A program made the position numbers and the translations under genes. A stretch of DNA of 64,000 nt, from NCBI GenBank assembly GCA_026710795.1, contig JAPOQK010000007.1:14546-78545 (forward strand), written 5' to 3'. This DNA comes from Candidatus Poribacteria bacterium (GTDB lineage: Bacteria; Poribacteria; WGA-4E; WGA-3G). The notes below the pieces were generated by a model, which made no database searches, was not told the origin of the DNA, and saw only the letters and a list, made by a program, of their open reading frames with translations. Shown here piece after piece: positions 38,398-46,279 of the stretch. Each line of letters begins with the position of its first letter. Position 1 is the first letter of the stretch.

Positions 38398-41300
38398 TTA
38401 GTTATCAAGATTGTAATGAAAAACCTTATTGTTTTTTGTACCAACGAATAATGTGTTTCTATCAACAGCAAGAGAAGTTACACTATCAGGTATGTCTGAC
38501 ACAAACTGTTCCCAAGTGCCACTTTCTATGCGATGGATTCCAGTATCTTTGGTAACACCATAAAGGGTAGTGCCATCAACAGCTAAATGCTCCATGATGA
38601 GATTATTTCCATTTGCATCAGTAATAGTCCGCCAACTTCTTCCGTCATCGGTTGTAATGATACCTCTGTCTGTTGATACAAAAACAGTGGTTTCAGCAAC
38701 GATGATATTGTTGAAAGTTTTTACTTGAAACGGCAGACCTTGTGTTAAATCAGTCCAACTGTTTCCTCTATCATACGATACGACAAGATGTCCGTCCCGT
38801 TTTCCGACGTATACGGTGTTCCCTGAGACTGCAAGTTTTAGGTTTTTCCTTGCGATGTCCTTAGTCAACTCAACAGTTTCTTCGAGTCCTGTATCGTGCC
38901 ATTTTATATCTCTCTGTTTCCATCTAAAGAGTTTGAAGTTATACTCCATATAGAATGTCTCACCACTTACCGCAAACGGTCCACTAAATCCCAAATCGAA
39001 AAGGTGGCTTGTCGTTGAACGAAAGAAGTTTTTGTTCTCATGCTGAACTTCCAATTGTTCCAACTGTTTGAAGAACTGCGCTGCACCAAAAGTGTTTTCT
39101 TCCACACTTTTTTTATACTCAATAGGCACAGGTTCTTGTCTTGGATACAAATAGTGCATTTTCAAGATACTACTATCAGGAATAGGTGCATCTTGAACCT
39201 GCACGAGTTTATTACTATCTGTAGATATGTTGTATAGGTTAATTTTATAACCACCAGATTCTACGCCTTTTGCATAGATTACATTTTCAGATTTTACTAT
39301 CTGAGAGATGCTCGGTTGTCCTTTTTCATGACGTTCAGTTTCTGGTATTTCCATCTGAATAATTTTCCATGATCTCCCTTTGTCTGTTGTTTTCGCAATC
39401 TCTCCTCTCCCATATCCCAATGCACCATTAAGTCTGGCGTAGATAACCGTATCCGTGTTTTGTCTTTTATCATTTCCATTGAAAGTAATAATGGTTTCTA
39501 TTGGACTTGATTCCTTCGCTTGAGGGATTTTTACTAAGTCCCAAGATTGACCTTTATCAATTGAACGATGGAGCCCGTCCTCACTATTGATATAAAGATC
39601 CTTTTCATTTAATGCCACAGCACGACACTGAGAAATTTCAGAAGTAGAAGTTCCAAGTTCCTGTGGTGACATCCATGTTTCACCTCTATCCGTAGAGCGA
39701 AGCGTAACATCTGCAATGACCAGAAGGGTTTCCTCAATAGCAATCAAAGCGATGTTGGGTGCAAAATCATCTCTGTTCCAAGCGTTTGTCGGTGTAATAT
39801 CTTTCCATGATTCTCCGATGTCAGTTGATCGGAATATCCACCAACCAGGTTCTTGTCCTGCGAAAACGTGATGAGCTCTCTCCAAATTAAATTCAGCTGC
39901 AAAATATAGATACTTATTAGTAGCGGTAACTGAAAAAATTCTGTCAATATTTTCTTCAGGTAATGCTATCTGTTCCCAGTTGTTGTCATTTAACTTAAAG
40001 AGACCTTTATCCGCTCCTGCAATCAACGTGTTTTGGTTTTTTACAAAAAAATGGATATTTCCCATTGATTCGGTATTCATTTTTTCCCATGTTTTACCTT
40101 TATCCTCAGATCGAAAAACCCCTGTTACAAAAGCAATATGAAATGCATCATCCATTAATATTAATCCTCTCGGTCCATATTCTTCCTGCCATGAATGGAC
40201 TAAATCCCAAGTCTTGCCATCATCTTTTGACGCAAATAACTGGTTAGATGATAGGATATAGAGCGTATTATTCCACTTTGTAATGGGTGGATTCGGTACC
40301 CACCGAGTATCAAGTGAAGATAGGTCAATGAGATGTTGCCACTCTTTTTTATCGGCAGGTAATTTGTGTAGACCAAAATCAAAATCAAGAGCGTAGAGTT
40401 CTCCCTCGGTTGTAACATGTATACTCTCCACTGGACTCCCTTTTATGGGTTCTGATTGAATCCACTGTTGTTTGGGAATAGAAAGGTCTTCTCCTTCGAC
40501 CTCTGCAGCCGCTAATAAGATTTCATCCACTTGCTGACCATTGTTATCGGACTTACCAAATACATTTTCATTTCCAAACTGATTTCGCACATCCGATTTT
40601 GGCTCTATATTCAAGACAATAGGGGTATCTACAAGTTCAACGGTTGTTTCAGCCTGTGCATCTAAACTATATGATTTCTGGAAATGCAACAAGTGTTGAC
40701 TGCCTAATCCAAGTAGCAATAGAATAAAAACGGCACTTGTAGCAGCGATAACCCACGGTACTAAAGGTTTGCCTCCTGTAGGTGTATTCGGTTTCAGTCG
40801 TGCGATTTCACGCATGATGTCGTCAGTAAGGTTCGGTGTAATTTGAAAGTGTTCAAGAGCTTCTCTAATCATCGTTTCCTCCTTCTTTAATCGTTGTTGT
40901 GCTCTACGGAGACGACTCCGAATTGTATTTGCCGATACACCTAAAAACGCACCGATCTCTGCGCTGGACATTTCACTAAAATAATGTAACGTGATGACCG
41001 TGCGTTCGCTCTCTGGTAGTTTTTCGAGCAATTTTTTAACGGCATCGCGCTGCGCTTCTGCTGCTGTTTGTTCTTTTTCTGTGATTACATATTGTGAATA
41101 TGTTGATTTCGTGAAAGGTGAGGTGCTTATGTCTTCCAGTGGTAGCGTCCAAACGCGTTTTTTACGCAACCATGTGCTACAATTGTTTGCTGCAATCACA
41201 TAAAGCCAGCTTGCGAAACTTTGCGGTTTCTTTAGTTTTGCTAATCCTCGGTATACTTGTAGGAATGTATCCTGTGTAATTTCCTCGGCAATGTGGAAGT

Positions 41301-41421
41301 CTCCGATTTTACGCCACACAAGCGCATGAACCGGTTTTTGATACTTTTCTACGAGTTCAGTGAAAGCAGTATCATCTCCGTTGAGAGTGCGGTTAATGAG
41401 TTCAATATCAGCGGTTTTCAT
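38398..41421 (-). CDS. ECF sigma-70 factor fused via one TM helix to a BNR/Asp-box beta-propeller domain (paralog 1)
   Basis: 1007 aa. Sigma region 2 is HIAEEITQDTFLQVY and region 4 is LPESERTVITLHYFSEMSSAEIGAFLGVSANTIRSRLRRAQ. TM segment is PLVPWVIAATSAVFILLLLGLG. About eight SxDxGxxW Asp-boxes follow. Confidence 0.85.
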   Translation of the reverse strand: MKTADIELINRTLNGDDTAFTELVEKYQKPVHALVWRKIGDFHIAEEITQDTFLQVYRGLAKLKKPQSFASWLYVIAANNCSTWLRKKRVWTLPLEDISTSPFTKSTYSQYVITEKEQTAAEAQRDAVKKLLEKLPESERTVITLHYFSEMSSAEIGAFLGVSANTIRSRLRRAQQRLKKEETMIREALEHFQITPNLTDDIMREIARLKPNTPTGGKPLVPWVIAATSAVFILLLLGLGSQHLLHFQKSYSLDAQAETTVELVDTPIVLNIEPKSDVRNQFGNENVFGKSDNNGQQVDEILLAAAEVEGEDLSIPKQQWIQSEPIKGSPVESIHVTTEGELYALDFDFGLHKLPADKKEWQHLIDLSSLDTRWVPNPPITKWNNTLYILSSNQLFASKDDGKTWDLVHSWQEEYGPRGLILMDDAFHIAFVTGVFRSEDKGKTWEKMNTESMGNIHFFVKNQNTLIAGADKGLFKLNDNNWEQIALPEENIDRIFSVTATNKYLYFAAEFNLERAHHVFAGQEPGWWIFRSTDIGESWKDITPTNAWNRDDFAPNIALIAIEETLLVIADVTLRSTDRGETWMSPQELGTSTSEISQCRAVALNEKDLYINSEDGLHRSIDKGQSWDLVKIPQAKESSPIETIITFNGNDKRQNTDTVIYARLNGALGYGRGEIAKTTDKGRSWKIIQMEIPETERHEKGQPSISQIVKSENVIYAKGVESGGYKINLYNISTDSNKLVQVQDAPIPDSSILKMHYLYPRQEPVPIEYKKSVEENTFGAAQFFKQLEQLEVQHENKNFFRSTTSHLFDLGFSGPFAVSGETFYMEYNFKLFRWKQRDIKWHDTGLEETVELTKDIARKNLKLAVSGNTVYVGKRDGHLVVSYDRGNSWTDLTQGLPFQVKTFNNIIVAETTVFVSTDRGIITTDDGRSWRTITDANGNNLIMEHLAVDGTTLYGVTKDTGIHRIESGTWEQFVSDIPDSVTSLAVDRNTLFVGTKNNKVFHYNLDN

Positions 41422-41603
41422 GAATTGCCTCCGATCAATGACCTATAGTGACGCATGTTAGGAGGAAAACTGGTGCATAATTCTGAAAAAAGAAATAGTT
41501 ATCAGGGATATATAGTTTTAGTTTAGGAATTATCAGTTATTGTATATTACTAAGAGTTTACGTCATAGATCGGATAGGACGAAGTAAAATCCAAAATGAT
41601 TGT

Positions 41604-41827
41604 CTGAATCACAGAAGGCACAGAGGACACTGAATACACAGAAGGGACTTTGGTATATTCAGGTTGTTCCACGGGATTCGCGTTTCTATCTGAATCACAA
41701 AGGCACAGCGCACACAGAAACCCACTAATTAAGAGGTGCAATGAATTGTGATTAAAGGCTCTGTTAACATATCTGATTCTCGGATTAATTGTATAATTAA
41801 CTGTGAAATACACCGAGGACACGGAAC
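41604..41827. repeat. Three degenerate copies of a CACAGA(A)GGCACAGAGGACAC-type motif
   Basis: Copies are ctgaatcacagaaggcacagaggacactgaa (41604), ctgaatcacaaaggcacagcgcacacagaa (41689) and aaatacaccgaggacacggaac (41805). They lie in the presumed leader of ECF paralog 1. Confidence 0.6.
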
Positions 41828-41911
41828 TTTTACTACGAATACTGTCAATAGGATATAGTGTTTTGTATACATAATTGTCTCATCTGTTTATAAAAACTCA
41901 ATGTGATACTA

Positions 41912-41940
41912 ATTATAACACAATAAATAACATGTGTCAA
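41912..41940 (-). promoter_or_regulatory. Consensus promoter TTGACA-N17-TATAAT reading toward ECF paralog 1
   Basis: The plus strand has attata at 41912-41917 and tgtcaa at 41935-41940 with a 17-nt spacer, about 490 nt upstream of the start codon at 41421. Confidence 0.55.
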
Positions 41941-42049
41941 GTTAAATTTTACTTTAGTAATGTAGAATTATTTCTAAACTTTACCATAAACGAAAAAGCA
42001 GGGATAGAGATAGGCAGGGAAGAATTAATTGCTGGTATGACGAAAGCAT

Positions 42050-42100
42050 ATAAATATCAAACATTTTCAGGATTAGTGGGATGTATTAACCCTGAAATGT
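42050..42100 (-). terminator. Possible terminator after the WD40 fragment
   Basis: Arms acattttcagg (42061-42071) and cctgaaatgt (42091-42100) with one bulge, followed on the minus strand by a T-rich run. Confidence 0.35.
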
Positions 42101-42122
42101 TGTTCAGAAATAATAATTCGGC

Positions 42123-42722
42123 TTATTTTGGTTGAGTTACTATAGGTTTAATTTCCCATAATAGCAACGTTCCATCTCTGCTTCCACTCGCGAGGGTTCT
42201 ACCGTCCGGACTGAATGACACGCTTGTAACCCAACTGGTATGCACCTCTGAAATTTGTTGAACTATATCTATTTGTGTATCCCATAGGTGGACGGTACTA
42301 TCTTTACTCCCACTTGCGATTGTTTTTCCATCGGGATTAAATGCAACGCTCATAATCCAATCTGTATGTTCTACAGTGTTGAGGAGTTCTCCTGTCTGTG
42401 TATCCCACAGATTGATGAGACCGTCATGACTGCCACTTACGATTGTATTACCATCTGGATTGAATGCCACACTAGAGACAACATTTGTGTGTCTTGAGAA
42501 AGTTCTAAGGAGTTCTCCTGTCAGCACATCCCACAGACGGACAGTACTATCCTTACTGCCACTTGCGATTGTATTACCATCTGGACTGAACGCAACGCTC
42601 ATAACCCAGTCCGTATGTCCTGAGAAAGTATTGAGAAGTTCACCAGTTTGTACATCATACAGATGGATAGTCTTATCCCAACTGGTACTTGCCAGCATAG
42701 TACCGTCTGGACTATATGCCAC
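42123..42722 (-). CDS. WD40-repeat fragment; 3' part of the frameshifted ECF-WD40 gene (blades 10-14)
   Basis: 199-aa ORF of five WD40 units. It has no plausible RBS, and its reading frame continues upstream into the 42776-46036 gene if 1 nt is added at 42824-42827. Confidence 0.8.
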   Translation of the reverse strand: MAYSPDGTMLASTSWDKTIHLYDVQTGELLNTFSGHTDWVMSVAFSPDGNTIASGSKDSTVRLWDVLTGELLRTFSRHTNVVSSVAFNPDGNTIVSGSHDGLINLWDTQTGELLNTVEHTDWIMSVAFNPDGKTIASGSKDSTVHLWDTQIDIVQQISEVHTSWVTSVSFSPDGRTLASGSRDGTLLLWEIKPIVTQPK

Positions 42723-42775
42723 GCCCGTGACAATATTCTTATGATCACCAAACGTTTTCTGTAACGTCCCTGCCT

Positions 42776-45700
42776 TTATGTCCCACAGACGAATTGCATG
42801 AGATTCGTCTCCGCTTGCGAGCGTTTTCCATCCGGACTAAATGCCACTCCAGTGATTGAAGCCATATCTTGGGTATTGAGAATATGACGAAGTTTTCCTG
42901 TCTGTGCATCCCATAAACGGATGGTGTTATCTTCTATCGCATTTACCAGTGTTTTTCCATCCGGACTAAATGCCACATACGTGATATCGACCACATGTCC
43001 TGTGAGCGTTTTTTGATGTTTTCCTGTCTGAACATCCCAAAAACGGATAGTAGAATCGAAACTTCCACTTACGAGTGTTTTGCTATCTGGACTGAACGCT
43101 ACGTCCAATGCCCAGTGCGTATGCCCTATGAGGATTCGGTGTCGTTCACCTGTTTGTACATTCCAAAGATGGATGAGTCCGTTATTCATAGCACTTGCGA
43201 GCATTTTTCCATCTTGACTAAAGGCAAATTCATTAACATAGTCCATTTGTTCTAATGGTAAGGTGTGAAGGAGTGTCGTCGTCTTCACATCCCATAAGCG
43301 AATGGGACCTTCAAAAACCCAACTTGCCAATGTTTTTCCATCCGCACTGAACGCCATTTTATAAATATCCTGCGGATGGTCAAGGTTGCGGGTTTTTCGG
43401 ATTTCACCTGACTGAGTATCCCAGAGACGGATGGTGTTATCCTTACTCGCGCTTGCGATCGTTTTTCCATCTGGACTAAATGTCACGCTCATAACCTTGT
43501 CTGTATGTCCTATAAGCGTTTTTTGGGGTGTGTCCGTCTGGATATTCCAGAGACGGATGGTGTTATCCTTACTCCCGCTTACCAATGTTTTTCCATCCGC
43601 ACTGAACACTAAACCCGTGGTGCTATTCATGCCTTGTGTTATTGTCCGAAGATGTGTGCCAGTGCGCGCATCCCACAGACGGATAGAACTCTTACTCTCA
43701 CTTGCAAGTGTTCTTCCGTCTTGACTGAACGTCACGTTCAAAACCCTATTTGTATGTCCTGTTAGCAGGTTAAGTGCTTTTCCAGTGTGTGCGTCATAGA
43801 TCCATATCCCAATTGAACTTGCTACAGCCAGACGCGTGCCATCTGAGGAATACGCGATGTCATTTGCCCTGCCTTTACCGATGCGAGTTTTTGCACCTTT
43901 GGGTAGGTGCTTTTGCAGCAAATCTTGAGAAACGTGATCAGAGACTTGTTCTACAGTCTGATCGTTTTTACTCGGTATAAAGGTGCTGCCAAGTTGTATC
44001 TGGAAATTCGGTTTGGTTTCAAGTTCACCTACCGTATGCAAGCGGTTGACACCAAAATCATCTATAGATGTATCAGGGGATATATCTAAACGCAGCAACT
44101 TACTCACATCAGTATTTAGCTGACACTGTTTCGTGAGAAGAACGTTTTTGAATAGGACATTTCCTCCATCCTGTTTTTTCAAAGATACTTTTGGAACAAT
44201 AGATCTCTCAATCCTCTTAGGGAACCAGACATCTGGTAGGTATTCGTGATACTCAATTTTTCGAGTTCTGATATAGGTTACACCTGCTTTGAAGGGATTC
44301 CATTCTCTGGTATCCTTTTCAACATATTCTTCTTCCGATTTAACAAGGCGGAAACCTTTGTCATGTGAAATCCAGAGTTTCAGGTGACGTGGTGGAATTT
44401 TGCGATCTCCAATGTTCCAAGCAGCTTTTGTTAAACGAATAACAGTTGTTTTTTCACCGCCTTCCAATACATCTATTCCCAGGATTTCAGTTTCACATTT
44501 TTCAAGCAAGTGCCAAAGGGGTTCCGATAGATAAGTATTGTCTGATCCGTCGCGTGGAAAGGTCAACCACCATCTCGGATCCGCGTCATGCATGCTAATT
44601 GCCCAATATGATCGAACAGCATATCCAACATTGTGTTTATATACCTCCGCCACTGTTTCTCCCACGAACAAGACAAAGTAGGTTTTATCTTTTTCTATGA
44701 TCCTGAAACTATTAGGTAGCTCACCATTGACGATGCGGACGTCGTCAGCAAGTTCTATGCCTACCTGCTTTAATGCATGTTTTATTCTCTCGTGAATTGC
44801 CATCTCTTTGTTCGGTGCAATCTCAACCTTGAAGAGAAGATTATGTGGTCCTGGTGAAGTTACCTCCCAATGCTGTTTTCCATCCCAAAACTCAATAGGA
44901 CGAAAACCTTCCGAATCCACTCGGACTTTCTCGCCATCAAATGTCAATTTATATTCATCTATCTTAATCTTCGGTTCTATATTGCGTTCGATGCTCAAAT
45001 TACCGAATGGAGGTGGTTTTCCACTAATCTCATAATTTCTATGGCGTTCAATGATAAAATCACCAGTTATGGAGGTTACAACATTATCGTATTGCTTCAT
45101 CTTTGCGATGATTGTATCTAAGTCAAGCGATGCGGTGTCTTCGGTTTGTTGACCTGCGCCATTGTTTTTGTCTGAAGCATTGGGACTTCCGATTTGTGAT
45201 CGTACATCCGGTTTTGCATTAATATTCTGTGCAATCGGTGTATCTACAAGTTCAACGGTTGTCTCAGCTTGTGCATCTAAACTATATGATTTCTGGAAAT
45301 GCACTAATTGTTGACTGCCTAATCCAAGCAGCAATCCAATCAAAATTGCACTTGATGCAGTAACTGCCCACGGCACCAAAGGTTTGCCTCCTGTAGGTGC
45401 AGTTGGTTTGAGTCGTTTAACTTCCCTCATGATGTTCTCAGTAAGTTGTGGTGTGATTTGGTAATTCTGTAATGCTTCTCTTATCATGGGTTCCTCCTTC
45501 TTTAAAAGTTGGCGCGCACGGTATAAACGACTCTTAATTGCACTTACCGATACACCTAAAAATCTGCTGATCTCCTCATAAGTCATTCCTCCGAGGTAAT
45601 AGAGCGTGATGACAGTGCGGTCACTCTCTTGTAACTTCGCAAGCAACTTTTTGACGATTTCGCGCTTTGCTTCTGCCGTTGACCGTTCGTTTTTTGAACT

Positions 45701-46036
45701 AACATAGGTGGAATAGGTAGCTTTCTCCAATTCTGCGCTATTGAAGTTATCCAACGATTGTGTCCGTAATTGTTTCTTACTAAGCCACGTCTTGCAGTGG
45801 TTCGTTGCTATCACATAGAGCCAACTTGCAAAGGACTGTGATTCCTTCAATTTTGGCAGATTCTGATATGCCCTCAGGAATGTTTCTTGTGTGATATCCT
45901 CAGCGATGTGGAAATCTTGTGTTTTCCGCCATGCGAGTGCGTGCACAGACTTCTGATATTTTCGGACGAGTTCGGAAAACGCAGTATCATCGCCATCAAG
46001 GACACGTTGAATGAGTTCAACATCAACATTTTTCAT
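42776..46036 (-). CDS. ECF sigma-70 factor fused via one TM helix to an unknown middle domain and WD40 propellers (paralog 2, 5' part)
   Basis: 1086 aa. The sigma-to-TM region is about 80-90% identical to paralogs 1 and 3. Nine WD40 units follow. The last 17 residues (RSQAETNLMQFVCGT) are out-of-frame read-through after the frameshift. Confidence 0.85.
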   Translation of the reverse strand: MKNVDVELIQRVLDGDDTAFSELVRKYQKSVHALAWRKTQDFHIAEDITQETFLRAYQNLPKLKESQSFASWLYVIATNHCKTWLSKKQLRTQSLDNFNSAELEKATYSTYVSSKNERSTAEAKREIVKKLLAKLQESDRTVITLYYLGGMTYEEISRFLGVSVSAIKSRLYRARQLLKKEEPMIREALQNYQITPQLTENIMREVKRLKPTAPTGGKPLVPWAVTASSAILIGLLLGLGSQQLVHFQKSYSLDAQAETTVELVDTPIAQNINAKPDVRSQIGSPNASDKNNGAGQQTEDTASLDLDTIIAKMKQYDNVVTSITGDFIIERHRNYEISGKPPPFGNLSIERNIEPKIKIDEYKLTFDGEKVRVDSEGFRPIEFWDGKQHWEVTSPGPHNLLFKVEIAPNKEMAIHERIKHALKQVGIELADDVRIVNGELPNSFRIIEKDKTYFVLFVGETVAEVYKHNVGYAVRSYWAISMHDADPRWWLTFPRDGSDNTYLSEPLWHLLEKCETEILGIDVLEGGEKTTVIRLTKAAWNIGDRKIPPRHLKLWISHDKGFRLVKSEEEYVEKDTREWNPFKAGVTYIRTRKIEYHEYLPDVWFPKRIERSIVPKVSLKKQDGGNVLFKNVLLTKQCQLNTDVSKLLRLDISPDTSIDDFGVNRLHTVGELETKPNFQIQLGSTFIPSKNDQTVEQVSDHVSQDLLQKHLPKGAKTRIGKGRANDIAYSSDGTRLAVASSIGIWIYDAHTGKALNLLTGHTNRVLNVTFSQDGRTLASESKSSIRLWDARTGTHLRTITQGMNSTTGLVFSADGKTLVSGSKDNTIRLWNIQTDTPQKTLIGHTDKVMSVTFSPDGKTIASASKDNTIRLWDTQSGEIRKTRNLDHPQDIYKMAFSADGKTLASWVFEGPIRLWDVKTTTLLHTLPLEQMDYVNEFAFSQDGKMLASAMNNGLIHLWNVQTGERHRILIGHTHWALDVAFSPDSKTLVSGSFDSTIRFWDVQTGKHQKTLTGHVVDITYVAFSPDGKTLVNAIEDNTIRLWDAQTGKLRHILNTQDMASITGVAFSPDGKRSQAETNLMQFVCGT

Positions 46037-46117
46037 CGGATACCTCTGCCAAAGGAAGTTATTTATTTCAGATTGACATATAGTGACTCGACTTGATGTA
46101 AAAAAGTTGCATGTTTT

Positions 46118-46180
46118 TCAAAAGAAAAAGGGGAAGAGAGGATAATGTTCAAGTATTATATCATTATCCTCTCTCTTTTT
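46118..46180 (-). terminator. Bidirectional-looking hairpin terminator between ECF paralogs 3 and 2
   Basis: A 13-bp stem, agagaggataatg (46135-46147) with cattatcctctct (46162-46174), has T-runs on both strands. Confidence 0.55.
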
Positions 46181-46279
46181 ACATACATATAAGTTTTAAG
46201 TTGTCAGAGATTACAACATTTAGTGTGGAGTATAAAAGGAGGGAGTGGGATGCATACGGTGTCACCAACATAAGGTATT

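Noticed and set aside
41550-42135. ORFs 41550-41822 (-) and 41875-42135 (+)
   Set aside because: They are AT-rich with low-complexity translations and no RBS. They overlap the CACAGAGGACAC repeats, the consensus promoter and a putative terminator hairpin, so I treated the region as non-coding leader. I cannot fully exclude a small protein.
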